The notes below the pieces were generated by a model. That model saw only the letters and a program-made list of their open reading frames with translations. It searched no databases and was not told the DNA's origin. This document shows positions 1 to 12,844 of a DNA stretch of 64,000 bases, one piece after another. This stretch comes from Pseudovirgaria hyperparasitica (Eukaryota), in the NCBI GenBank assembly GCA_010093815.1, contig ML996588.1; one strand, written 5' to 3'. The position numbers and the translations under genes are program-made. The first letter of the stretch is position 1, and each line of letters opens with the position of its first letter.

Positions 1-279
1 GTGCGCGAACGCACGCATCGCAACACGGCCGAGAGCACAAACGCTCGCGTCAAATACTGGAGTATCTTTCAACTGGTCATCCTGTTCGGCGAGGCCTTGT
101 TTCAGGTCTGGTGGCTTAAGCGGTTTTTCGAGGTACGTGGCATATGACACACATACATATTTGATAAACACTATTGTGGAGAAGAGGCCTGCGATGGAAT
201 ACAGCAGATGAGGACATGGAAAATTCTAGAGAGCGACAGAGAGCTGATGAGGGACTCGCAGGTCAAGCGCGTTGTTTAA
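1..279 (+). CDS. EMP24: 3' end of p24/EMP24-family (GOLD domain) COPII cargo receptor; partial
   Basis: Frame from base 1 reads VRERTHRNTAESTNARVKYWSIFQLVILFGEALFQVWWLKRFFE. A GTACGT..CTGAT..CAG intron (133-261) follows, then VKRVV* (262-279). This is the typical p24-beta TM plus FFEVKRVV tail. Confidence 0.92.
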
Positions 280-788
280 AAGAGTACATTTTTGGAAAGG
301 CTGGCTGGACGGAAGGGCGGGACAAAGAAGGAGATCCATGACTATAGGGTAGGTATCTGGTCACGAAAATGAGGAGAATGGCGTGCAGTCATTGTAGTCG
401 ATGGATGCAGGTTCTTGTGAATCTGTATCCACCAAGGGGCACAACAGCACTTTAGGAAGTGATGACGCAAACGAGGAGGGCAATTTATCAGCACACTGAC
501 GAGTCTGGCAGGTGTGACCGTCTGTACATTCATCATTTGTACTGCCACAAGACACAACGGTGGGAGGTGTAAAGGGTCGTCTGCGATGGAGAAATAAGAA
601 TTACATGTATACCATACACAAACGAAAAGCTATACCAGGGTATCCAGCAACGACAAATTAACATATACACAGAACGAAGGATCCTTCTAGCCTCCCTCGT
701 CTCATCACAAGCTCTCCCTATTACTCGCAAATGCAACCCATGCATCCATCGTTCAGTTCTCGATCGATTCTCAGCCCTGTCCCTCCAA

Positions 789-3046
789 TTACCAGTGCGT
801 CCCCTGCTGCGCATGTCCCTTAGCATCCAGCGCAGGCACTGAGAATCCATATCCCTCAGTCTTGCCTTCACGGTCCTTGGGCGAGATCTCTACTCGCAAC
901 GTAACATCGAGTCCGTATGTGCCGCACAGACCCGTGCGATGCAGTCCAGATGCCGCAGGGTGCTTCGTGCCAGCATCTTTCTCACCGTTATGAATCGCAT
1001 GTCGTGTGTTTGCCTTCTTCTCCAACGTGTTGGACACGTCTGCAGTAGCTCCATTTGTAGCAGGAGCCACAGTGCCATCGGCAGGTGCGAGGGTGGATGC
1101 GGCGAGCTGGCCTGGCTCATGCGACTCGTCGATAATGGCGTAGTTACGGGACGGCATCGTCGCGTTATTCGCATCCGCAGTCTTCTTAGCCGGGGCATCG
1201 CCGTTTGCATGGTCAGCACGACCCGGATCGCGGTCAAAAATCTCGAGCAGAGTCTCATCAGTCTCGTGATCGAGATGGTGGATCTTGTTGCGGCGAGCAA
1301 GTAGATTGGCGACTGCCTGTGGTGGTGGCTTGTTCGTGATGGCCGAGGAGATGATGTTGGGCATGTAGCGGTAGTCGCGTTCGGCTGGGATCTGTTGTTT
1401 AGGGTTGGAGAAGAAGCGGCCGATGGCAGCGAGATGAACATCGCCACCAAGAATGGAGACGCGGACGGAGTGTTGTTTAGAGAGCTCTTGCAGGCGGTGT
1501 ATGAGTTCCTTGCGCTCGTGCTTGTGCTGATGGGCGGTGTAGTGGTCGTCGAGGTCGTCGAGGAGATCGACGTTGCCGTCGAACTTGTTAAAGAGTCCAC
1601 CAGCAATACCAAAGCGCTTGTTCAACAAACGGATTGGCGCGATCACCGGGGAAGAAAGGATGTTCTCGAGCCACTGGAGTCGTGGGTATGCAATGGGCAC
1701 ACCGAGTAGAAGAACTAGATGCTTGACATCAGGTGCGGCAGATAGCTCTCTTGAGATCGTGTCGAAGATCATTTTGTAAGTCTCCGGATAGTTGATTTGG
1801 TGACGCGTTCGCTCAATACGGGCATCAAGCCCAGCGAATGCAATTCTGGCACCGAGTTGGCAATAGATAGACCGACTCTTCTCGGCTACATACGGACCGG
1901 GCTTGCCACCAATTATGTAGGATGGATCCTCCTCAGTCTCTTCCAGTACGAAAGTGTCCTTCAGCTGTACAGCATCAGTACCAACAACACCTTCAGTATC
2001 GCCTTTGACGGTCTTGGGTGCGTCTGTTGTAAATGTACTCTTGGGAGGGGCAACGTGATGCTGGAAGAGTAGGTAGTATCTGTGTGACAGTCAGGAAGGT
2101 TACGAGGATAGTGAAAACACCAATCTTACTTATGAGCTACACCACCAATGCCTCGAAAGACAGGGGCCTTCATGAAATGGTCCGTGTAGGAACCGAATCC
2201 GTCAATGATATCATGGTCGTCCCATATGTTCAATTGAGGAATCTTGCCATTGGCCGTAGAGAATGGAGCAGTTCCATACCACCTTATGTAGTTCTGGAAG
2301 TAGTACTCGTCGCACTCTTCGCGGAGCTTTTCAGTAAATGGGTAATCGCGTCGTTTCCTGGGATTGTGGATGTCTGTCCATGGCTTCAACGGTCCATCTA
2401 CTCGCACCCCATCGTTGTAGATTTGATCTCCTCCTCCGATCATAACGTGGAACGGCCTCTGAGCGTGCATGCGCAGGACATCGTTCCAGAGAGCTGGACC
2501 GGACCAAGCATCAACATCAGTACCGACGGAGAAACCGTTACACGAGTGGAACATGATTCTCATGGACTGGCTAATCGCAGGGACCATAAATATTTGCGGC
2601 TCCAGGGAGGCTATAGTGTACTCCCATTGCGCCTCGTATGCCTGAAAAGGCACGTCGATAACGAAGCGAAAGAATGCCTTGCCTGGGTCCTCATACAGCT
2701 TGACTCCCTCGTAGGTGCGCGAGCCTGAGCTGGAATCAGATGTGTTGCTGGCCCCGATACCACCAGGTACAGCACCTAGACAGTGCAAGCTTAAGCTCGG
2801 CGTAGGTGTACCAGGCTTCGTAACGATGAGAACGCTGCCGTGCCAGGTCGGATTCGCGGTTCCCGTACCACTCATATGCTTGTAATTGATCAATGGCCCG
2901 CAAAGAACGTCAACCTGACCAGATGTGCTAATGATTTGAGGACCCTGACCGGCTCCTTGGACACCATTGTGCTGACCAGAGGCTATCGGAGCGGTAGTCT
3001 CAGCAGGGTCTACAGACGGCTGCGCCGGGGGCTGATGATCAGCCAT
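789..3046 (-). CDS. PhoD-like metallophosphatase domain protein (fungal PhoD_2 type), no signal peptide
   Basis: Exons 3046-2130 and 2079-789 are joined by a GTAAG..CAG intron (AHK|YYLLFQHH). Metallophosphoesterase-like motifs: FHSCNGF, MIGGGDQIYND, IWDDHDIIDGFGSY, DARIER, GGDVHLAA. Confidence 0.82.
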
Positions 3047-3526
3047 GACTATGTGGATTTTGAGGAGGTATTCGGAAGAATGTTTCGCAACGGAGGTCGG
3101 TCGGAAAGCTGTAACGGAAGCTTGTTTATGCAAGTCAGGGACGAGGCGAGCACAATGAGATTCGTCGAGTAACCAAGGCTAGGATGAAGAGAGCCTGGCG
3201 CTATCGACGATGTAGGTGGAGGAAGAGGAAGTAGAATGGAAGCACAAAAGAGTCGCAGCGAGGACAGTGAAGTAAGTGATTGAAGACGGGCACTTGGGGA
3301 AAGCTGAGTGCTGAGCAGAACAACAACTGGAATCCTGGTCAGCGTTCGCGTCGAGGTAAGTAATTAGGTGGGTCATTCGGTGCAATTTGGGTTACACGAG
3401 CTGAAATGCTGGGGCTGTGAGTGGCTGATGCTGCTTGTCGGGGGGCTGGGTATGTAGCTGTTGTTGGCTAGTCAGCGCCCGCTCAGTCGGGGGTGCAATT
3501 GGAATGAAAGTGCATGACGTCTCTAT

Positions 3527-3599
3527 CCAGATCTAGGTAAGATGCAGAGCCAGATCCAGATCCAGATCTAGATTCAGATCCAGATTCAGAGCAGATCTA
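3527..3599. repeat. Degenerate (CAGATC/CAGATT)n hexamer tandem repeat, intergenic
   Basis: ccagatccagatccagatctagattcagatccagattcagagcagatcta is directly visible. Confidence 0.75.
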
Positions 3600-4028
3600 T
3601 CCCCGAGTGTATATATGCCATCAAGGAAAGTCTGTATATGTGTTGTGAACCCATAACGTCAGCGCGCTCGTCGTCGGCATATTCCTGTTGTGGCCTTCAT
3701 CACACTAAAACATCAAGAAATCATGCCTAGCTGCACTAAAAGCTTGCTTTCCTATATGCCAAGATGTCCCACGAAAAAGCACGGGGAACATTGCGGACTG
3801 TGATATGCCGTGTATGCGTACAAGGGGTGTGTATGTCGTAGTCCTCATTCTGGGGGCGCCTAATAGAACTCCATTGCCATATACGTATAGTAGTAGATAG
3901 AACCATACTCTTCCTAATGCCGTCCTTGTACTCCGCAAATGCTATAGATACCCACAAGGCATCTCCCAACAAAACACCAGTGACATGCGTTCTCGTCCCA
4001 AAATTCCCGAGTTGTACAAAACTAGGCC

Positions 4029-5080
4029 TCATCGTCTTGATATCTCCTGCACCACATTCTGCACAACGCTATTCAATGCCTTGCAAGCTGGACTGTCAGG
4101 AAAACTGTCCAGAAAGCTTTCCCCATAGTCGCAGGCCATGCCAATCCTAGGATCCAGTGGCACCGCTCCAAGGAAGGGAATACCCTCTTTCTCGGCCAAC
4201 TTCCTTGCCCCGCCCGTCGTGGCTCTGAATATTTGGCTCTCATGCTTACAGCCCGGACAAACAAACCCGCTCATGTTTTCCACAATGCCCAGTATCCGTA
4301 TCCCAGCCTTCCTACAAAAATCCACCTCTTTCCTCACGTCCAGCAGACTGACCTCTTGCGGCGTTGTCACCAGAACCGCGCCATCCACACCCGCCTCTTT
4401 CAGAAAGCTATTTACACTCAGGTGTTCATCCGAAGTTCCTGGCGGCGTGTCCACAATGAGATAGTCCAGCTCGCCCCAGTCCACGTCTTTCAAAAATTGT
4501 TTGATCAGCCCATTCTTCTTCGGTCCGCGCCAAATCACTGCATCGTCGCGGTTAGGCAGCATGAATTGCACACTCATCACCCCCAGGTTGTCTGCGACCC
4601 ACACAGGACTCCAGCCATCACTACTGACGTGTATAGTTTCGTCTTCGACACCCATCATCTTCGGGATAGAAGGTCCTGTGATGTCGGCATCCATGAGCCC
4701 TACTTGCGTGTCTTGGTCTATGGCAAAGCCGTGTGCGAGCATCGTTGAAAAGGTCGATTTGCCGACGCCGCCTTTTCCACTGAGAATGAGGACTTTGTGC
4801 TGTACGCCTGCCAGGCGGGCGGTTATGATGGGAATGTCTGGGTCCGGGCCTTTCGGTGCAGACGCGCATATTTGTTGATTAGGGCAACCGGCGCAGGCTT
4901 CGCCTTGACCGGCTTGTTCGGATTCTGGACCGGGGCAGTGCTCTACGGATCATCGGTCAGAAGAGTAGGCTATGGTATTCTTATTTGTTGCGTACCTGGT
5001 TCGGGCGCGACAAGCTTCGGTACCGCCTTAAGAGGACCGGCGATATTGTCTTGCGCCGGCTCTTCGAGCGATGGAGCCAT
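4029..5080 (-). CDS. NBP35: Cytosolic Fe-S cluster assembly factor NBP35 (Mrp/NBP35 P-loop ATPase)
   Basis: Exons 5080-4996 and 4942-4029. N-terminal [18 protein letters not shown] ferredoxin-like motif, deviant Walker [37 protein letters not shown]. Confidence 0.96.
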
Positions 5081-5369
5081 GACGGGAGTATTTATTGGAA
5101 TGGACTGATGCTGTAGGTGTCTAGCACATTTTAATCTGAGGGGGGACTTCCGCCACAATGTTTGAATGAGAGGGGAATTATGTCCGACATATAGCCGATG
5201 GATATCTTCTCGGAATTATCCGCATAATCATGTTTAGTCAGGTTTTACCATAATCACAAGTATTCATGTCTATTCTAGAACTGTTTAAGCTTGCTAGTCC
5301 TCCTGTCAAAGCTACCCCCGGGCTCCAAGCTCACCATCGCTACCTCTCATAGTGTCGTCGGCACGTCTT

Positions 5370-8300
5370 CTAACGATATCGGAAAGCGTCGTCGGAAAAG
5401 ACATCGATCTCTTGATCCTGCACCGTCAAGTATCGCGGCTCCTTCGACTCATTCGGCTGCTTTTTTTCTTGTTCGGGTTCTAGCATGAGTCGTTTCACAA
5501 TTTTTTTGGACACGGGCACGGCGTCTTCGGTAACTTTGACCATTACATAAGGAATGTCGAAATCATCTGGAGGCTCCCCTGAGCTTTCCTCTACTGTTTC
5601 AAGTAGAAACGGGTTGAATCGAGGAGCGCGCTCAGGCAGTTCTGTATGAGGCGGTTTTGGTACCTGCGGTACCTGCCGTGGCGCATTTGGGAGTGCATCG
5701 ATAATGACATTCTTTTGGTGGTCGGGTACTTTTTCCTTGGTCCCCTTTTCAACCAGCTTAAGCAACCTGTAAATGCATCAGCTACTGCTTACTTTATATT
5801 GCTAGAAAGTACTAACGTCAAATCCATAATATCGGCGGCATCTTTTCTTATATCGAAGTAGAGGAGGCTACGGCCCGAGGTCATCATTGAGATTGTCATG
5901 CCTGTCTTATCTTCGAACAAATCTAAGAATTGTCTTAGCGTCATGTTTTTGACTTCGAAGCGACCCCAAAATCTATCGAATGTGTGGACAAATTCGACTT
6001 TGTCCTTCTTTTGTTCATTTCGAACGATATATGTATACTTTTGACTTGGCATCGGCTCGCTGAATCCGAAAAAGGGTAGCGCAAGATTTACAAATCCATT
6101 CTTGTACTGCTCAATGTCGGTCTTGCCATCAATGATCTTGTAGATTTCCAAGTTGGCGAGACCAGTCACAAGGGCTGTCGTTGTTGCAATTGCGGGAATA
6201 ATCTTTCCAGCAATGAGTTTTATTTGGTGACGTTTAGCTTGCGTGATATTGTAGTTCTCCGCGCGGAGATTTGCAGCGGCAGCGATAAAGTCAATATGAT
6301 AATTGGTATCATCGTCTTTCTCGAACACGACTGGTTCAAGTTGAAATCCAGCCAGAGATTTTGGAGGAGGTACCGAGTTTGCCAGTACAGACAGATCATC
6401 CTGGTCCAAATCTGAATTGCGAGCGTTGGGATCGGGATCCTTGTCGCTCGCTTGAATCTTAACACCCGGGTCAGGCTTGAAGTCCGGAATGATCAAATTA
6501 TCCAGTATCTTCATATAGTGGTCCTTAGCAACACCTCTCGAATTGATGTTGTAGTTGAAGGCGTGCAAGTTAGCGGCAGATTCAACGAAGGCGAAATGTG
6601 TGGCATTGTTTGCATCAAATTTAAGCGGATCTGGAGCCCGTTTCGAGCCGGTCCAAAACAACTCACCCTTGGATGTCCTCGAGTCCTTGGGGAAGTTATG
6701 GAGTAGCTGCGAGATTCCATTGTTGAAATGCTTCTCAAATTGATATCGTGCCCAGGCGATGCAATCGTCGAAAGTGAGAGGCTTCTCTGTAACCAAGAAA
6801 TCCCGTAGCGTCTCCAGTACCTGGGTTTGGTTACCATTCTCCCGAAATGTCTTACTGTTCAGGTAATTCGGCATAGTGAGATAGAGATTAACCATTTCAG
6901 CTGGGCCAGTAAAGTACGTGTGAAACATCTCCTTGGCCCAAGCAATAGTGTGTTCAATACGGTGCGGGAATGATTTAAGTGTACACATTGGAAAGGTCTT
7001 CTCCGGAGGGTCTTGAGAGCTGCTGTAAGTCTGGGTAAGGTTTGGAAGCACGACCTGCGTGTTGCCCTTGGTTCCAAGCGTTCCGCTGTCAACAAGAGGT
7101 TTGTAATGGAAGACACATTTTTGGTCGACGTATGTTCTGGCCTCTATATTGTCGAGAGCGTTTGTTACGGCATCTAGTGAATCCCAAAATGCCTCGTGGA
7201 ATATTTTCTCAGTGCCTGAACCGACGGGATCATTGAGTGCCGTCATTTTACCCTTCAGGTCGGGATTCATGACTTGTACAGCCTCCGTAGCGCAAGTGCT
7301 TTTTTCCTTTCCAACATCATTGGCTCGAAATAGGAATTGACGATTGAGATTGCTTCTTTCAATTTGATCATTGTCCGTAACAAAAATATGGCCATTGCCG
7401 GACGCAAGACCCATCATGGCCCAATTCTTCAACATCTCACAGCCAATGGCACCAGCGCCGACGAGGAACTCTTTGACGTTGGCAAGTTTTTGTTGATATT
7501 CGGTCCCAAAGACAGCGATTTGACCGTCGTAGCGACTACCCTGGGGCGCGCAAAGAGATTCGGATCGTTGGACTGATGTAGGGAGTGACTCCAAGGAATC
7601 GAAGTATACCCATTGCTTGACAGGATGGAACTTCCCTGAAACGGATTTCAGTACCTCTTGAGCTGCGAGACCACCAAAGAAAGCCGCTATCGGGCTCAGA
7701 TCTCCCTGTGCCTGGTAGCTCAGCTCTCTGATGAGCTTCTCGTCCAATTCGATAAGTTCTTCACCCTCTTTGGCCAGGCCCGAAGCAATCTTGAAAACCT
7801 CAGCGGCATCAGCATCGTTATGCGGCCGGGGGTAGGACCCGCCACGACTTTCAGCAAACGCGTGCAGTGCTTGGAATCCTACATGTAGCTGAGCTGGTCG
7901 ATCAAATTTTGCAAAATCGGAAATGATGATCTCTGGTCTGCGGAGCTGCTTTCGGAGTGGCTCAAAGTCAATGAATTTCGGCATCGTGACTTGTTGAAAC
8001 AAACCACCCCGCGTGTACTGTCCTAATCCGGATACATCGCCAATCGAGAAGGTGTAAGGACCCGACACAGTGATCTTGCGAGGCGCAGAGTTATTAAGAC
8101 CCTCCATGCCGTCTATCTCCGAGAAAGTAACAAAATCACCGTCTTCTAGACCATGTCTAGTCTCATCCGACACGGAGACGAGGCCATCCGTACCAATCCA
8201 TGCAACGATACCACTCTGAGGATTCTCACCAGTGGGATCGCCGCAGGTAAAATTCTTCCCAAAATCTGTGAAGATCGACCCGAACAGACCGAAGGTGTCA

Positions 8301-8930
8301 GCTATTACAATATATATACCATTGGCATGACAGAAATCGGATATGGTCAACTGGTCCCTGAGCGGAGTGTCTGTCAGAACAACCACCTGATATTGCTTCA
8401 ACGAGCCCAAATCATCCAGCAGATCCGCTGATTGGTGTTCCTGTACTGGAGTATAAGGATTGAGCTCTGCAACGCGCGGTACCGTGACGGAGGCGCGGGG
8501 ATTTCCAACGTCTTCGGGGCGGAGAAAGAATTGGGAAGAAAGGTCAGCCAAAGTAGCAGGGCGAGGGTCGTAAAGAGTAAGAGACTTGACACCAGCTAGT
8601 GCGATGTTCTTGGCGATCTCAACACCCAGACCTCTGAGACCAACGATGAGCACATTGGACAAGCCCATACGTTTCATAGCCTCGTGGCCCAGAACATAGA
8701 GCTGTCTACTGTAGAGGGACTCGTCAATTTCTCCATCGGTAGAGCGTATCTGCTCGGCAACAGCCGCTGGACTGTCCACCTGCATCTTTATATCCTGTAT
8801 TGAGTCCAGTATGTTAGACGCGAATGTGTGTGTGTGGGAGGAATTGCGATTTGTGGGCAGAAGCGGCGAGCGACAGCTTAAGAAGTGATTCGCAGAAGAG
8901 CGAGCCGTTGGTGAATGGACTCACTGTCAT
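5370..8930 (-). CDS. UBA1: Ubiquitin-activating enzyme E1 with atypical extended C-terminus
   Basis: Predicted exons: 6-nt first exon ATGACA (8930-8925, GTGAGT donor), 8794-5817, 5766-5370. Motifs: IDESLYSRQLYVLG, GAGAIGCE, SNLNRQFLFR, active-site PMCTLKSFP, FEKDDDTN, IIPAIATTT. Confidence 0.95.
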
Positions 8931-9681
8931 AGTTCGCTTGTTCGGACTAGCAAGGTCCTCGTTAGTGATCCTTCTTTTCCCCAGTTTGGCTATGATGACC
9001 AGACCTCACCGTCGTGGTGAAAGGTAGTCGCAGGGAGCGTTGGTGGGGGTTTATAGTGACGAGCGGGGGCAGTGTTGCAATGAAGGTATAGATATGTATC
9101 GTTCACACTGTACAATATGAAGTGAAGGAGGGTATGAGCAGAGCAGCTGAGGATACTGCGTGTAGTGTCTGGTCAGTATAGTTCAACAGACCCAGACGAA
9201 GACAGATGTTGAAATGGAAGTTTGAAGTGTCAGGTCGCCGCTCACCTTGACTTGTTAGGTGCACGGCGCACCTCACGGACAACGCTCCGCCCACGAGCAT
9301 GATGTCAGGTAAACAATTTGTCAGCTCCGTAATTGCGGCCGAGTAACATGGCATGCCCCAGGCAACAACGCACTTCCTCCCAATTCGTACACCGTTCATA
9401 GATCGAGTCATAATCCGCGCGACTGTCGTTGCCTGTGACCGTGTTTTCAAACGTATATAAACATTGAATTAATCGGCGAACGCAGCTTTGCTAGTATTTG
9501 CCCATTCCACTTCCTTCTGAAGTCCTACTCTGACCACATTGGGACTGCCTTTTCGATCGGGTTTGTACGACGCCAAAATTAGCGAGTTCAATCGTGTGCT
9601 TCATCTGCATTCACGAAGCTGTTCCATTCCACTGTACCTGAGGCTCGAGTCGCACCTCCCCGAGCCGCATTGGAAGGTATC

Positions 9682-10398
9682 ATGGCGGACTCGAAGGAAG
9701 GTTCCAATATTATTGCAAGCACTGACGACGACCGTCCCGTGAACGGAGAACAGAACAATGAGGCTGAAGCTATGGGCGGGACGCCTGGTAACGATCATGA
9801 TGCAGGTGATGATGACAATGATGACGATAATGATGATGCTGATGATAACGACGACGAAGATGACGGAGGTTCATTCGTCGTACAATTTGAGCCTTTGCTT
9901 GCAGAGCTGAAGGAGCGGATGAACGAAGCTGGTGCTCACCAACCAAAGCTCCAAGACAAGATTGTTCCCGGCGTCCGAAAGTTATTCCAGGAATACTGGC
10001 AGGCCGTTATGAAAGACGTTGAGAACCTGATAGCGTCCAACGAAGCCATACCAGACCAACTCACGAACCCGGCAGCGAAGACGTTCAGGATATGGGTCTT
10101 TAAACAAGACGAGGATAGTCTTAATAGTTGTCCCTGTTGCTTACCCATATGTGGCGACGACATCGTACTCAAAAATAACCAAGGAGTCACCAAAGTGGAT
10201 CTTATACGTGGCATATCTCAATACTTGTATGCAGATGTCGACAAGTTCCCCGCACTGCACTGCATGGACGATGGCTCTACTGATGCTCTCCCGGTTGCGT
10301 CTGTAGAGTTCAACTATATGACGAACGGAGGTCAAGATGAGACGTGTGTACTTGCAAGCCATGAACCAGGAATCTGGATGTATTGCACACCACCTTAG
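9682..10398 (+). CDS. Hypothetical protein (~238 aa) with Asp-rich tract and SCPCC motif
   Basis: Single long ORF (first ATG 9682) with globular-looking C-terminal half. TATA-like tatataaa at ~9454. No recognised family. Confidence 0.65.
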   Translation: MADSKEGSNIIASTDDDRPVNGEQNNEAEAMGGTPGNDHDAGDDDNDDDNDDADDNDDEDDGGSFVVQFEPLLAELKERMNEAGAHQPKLQDKIVPGVRKLFQEYWQAVMKDVENLIASNEAIPDQLTNPAAKTFRIWVFKQDEDSLNSCPCCLPICGDDIVLKNNQGVTKVDLIRGISQYLYADVDKFPALHCMDDGSTDALPVASVEFNYMTNGGQDETCVLASHEPGIWMYCTPP

Positions 10399-10884
10399 TT
10401 TGATTCACTACTTGAGCTATTACAACGTCAAATAAGTGGATTCATGAGGCGTAGAAGATGCACACCTCTTCAAAGAGAGACCCGGGACCCCAGTTGATGG
10501 GGTCTAACTCCACATTCAAGAACCGCAGCTACGCCTTCAAAGAGCCGAGTACTTTGTTCCGCCATGGCTGTAAGCCAACGTTACCAACACTATATGATCG
10601 CTGTCGCAAGGTTCCGATGGTTCCCCTTGCGATTATGTCAACGTAGGAGGCTGGGTGGGTTTGTCAGTGTTTCTCTAAATTCTGATAACGTACAGGTCCT
10701 CCTGTCGGGTATGTTAGCACACGTGTCACCAGCTTTGGTAGAAGCGTGGCGAAATGGATGTTATGTATAAATAGCAGCTTGACCGTCCAATTTCGACTTA
10801 GCCTGAATATATAAGAACTGACTTCATTGCTCTTATATTACCCTTACGTAGTTTGCGCTCTGGATTCAGTCGCACTTGCTCATC

Positions 10885-12656
10885 ATGGATCCACAGCATG
10901 ATTCAACCACATCCAGCGAGATAAGCAGTCAAAATGACAAAGAGGTAGAAGAAGGTGGCTCAAACGTGAACACTGAAATTGATCCGGAAGCGGAGAAAAA
11001 GCTATTACGAAAATTGGACTACACAGTGCTACCTATTCTCTGTTGGCTCTACGTACTTACCTTCCTCGATCGCATCAATCTTGGTGAGCTTACCAGTCTC
11101 CTGACAAAACGTCGCAATTGATGATGACTAGGCAATGCACGTATCGCAGGGCTGGAGGCTAGTCTGGGCAGTAAGTCGGCCTCAAATCACGAACTGTGTT
11201 CACTGACAAAAGACCAGTGTCTGGGAATGACTATAATGTCGCTACATGCGTATTCTTCGTCACATATTGCATCTTCGAGCTTCCAAGCAACATCGTTATG
11301 AAGTATGTTGCACCTTCAACTTGGATGGCTCTACTGGCCTTCCTCTGGGGTAAAGCAGTGGTCCACTACCCTCATGACCACACTCGACTAACAGATAACC
11401 CAGGGACGGTGACGGTCTTGACAGGTATAGTCCAGAACTACTCTGGCCTCATCGCATGCAGAATCTTTCTCGGCCTATTTGATGCAGGTTTTATGCCTGG
11501 TAGGTTCGTCAATTCTAAGACGGAGGCACGACTAACATACAGGTTAGGCGCGGCGTATCTGATGTCGATGTACTACAAACGGCACGAACTCTCGATCCGT
11601 TTCAACACGTTCTTTGCCGCGAGCGTGTTTGCGGGTGCCTTCGGAGGGCTTCTTGCGTATGGCCTCACGCAATTAGATGGTCGTGCAGGTCTCGAAGGAT
11701 GGCGCTGGCACGTTCTTCGACGTCACATCCTGATCAAACGCTAATTGAACAACATAGGATCTTCATTGTAGAAGGACTTATAACGGTGGTTACCGCTTTC
11801 GTTGCCAAATATTTCGTCGCCGACTGGCCGCAACAGAACCGTTTTCTCTCCGCCGAGGAAAAAGCTTTGCTCGCTGCGCGACTAGCTCAGGATAACAAGG
11901 GCGCTGGAATGGAGCGTCTTGATAAAAAGGCTGTCAAGCGCATATTCACAGATTGGAAGATTCCAGTCGCGTAAGTCGATGCCATCTCATCACGTTACCT
12001 ATTCTAACAACTTTAGCATTTGCATGTACATTCCGTTCTCAAGCAACAACTACTCTCTCGCCATCTTCATACCTACCATACTAAACAGCATGGGATACCA
12101 CCAGACGAGAGCACAAGTCCTCTCAATTCCAATCTATGTCGCAGCATGTACAGTGTGCATTATTGTTGCGTTCTGCTCTGACAAAACTCGACATCGCTAC
12201 GCATATATCATGGGAGGGCTCATGTTCTCTGTGATCGGGTTTGCCATTCTATTAGCTCAGAGCACGTCGCTGGGGGTGCAGTATATGGCTATCGTCTTCG
12301 CTGCCTGCGGTGGCTACACAGCTCACCCGCTAGTTGTGACGTGGCTGACGAACAATATGGGAGGGCGCTACAAGAGATCGTTTGGCACAGGGCTTCTGCT
12401 TGGGTTTGGAAATGCTGGTGGTATCATTGCAAGCAACATCTTTATTGAGAGTGAGAGGCCTCGGTATCTTGTAGGGTATGGTGTGTGTCTGGCTGTTGCA
12501 ATATTTTCCGCTGTGATGAGTTCTGTATTCATTGTAGGTCTGAGGAGGGAAAATAGGAAAAGGGATGCCGGAGGGAGAGACTACAGGTTTGAGTTTGTGA
12601 AAGAGGAGCTGGAGAATCTTGGTGACTCGCATCCGGAGTTCAGGTTTGTCTACTGA
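10885..12656 (+). CDS. MFS transporter, anion:cation symporter (allantoate/nicotinate permease, DAL5/TNA1-like) family
   Basis: Multi-exon (first intron 11084-11131). Motifs: EKKLLRKLD..ILP..LTFLDRINLGNARIAG, FELPSN, LEGWRWIFIVEG, SDKTRHR, RRENRKRD, LGDSHPEFRFVY. Confidence 0.92.
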
Positions 12657-12844
12657 GTGACTTGGCCTGTTATGGTTTTTTGAAAATTAAATCCGTTACC
12701 AAATCCAAGAATTGATATTGGACCGTGCCTATTCTTCAAGAGTCCGAGAAAAGGACCAGTTATGTATTGCTCCTACCGTGACTGATTATCTCTGTCGGCC
12801 GTCGTCGCTACGCAGATCTATCTTTCTGGATTTTTATATCCATG

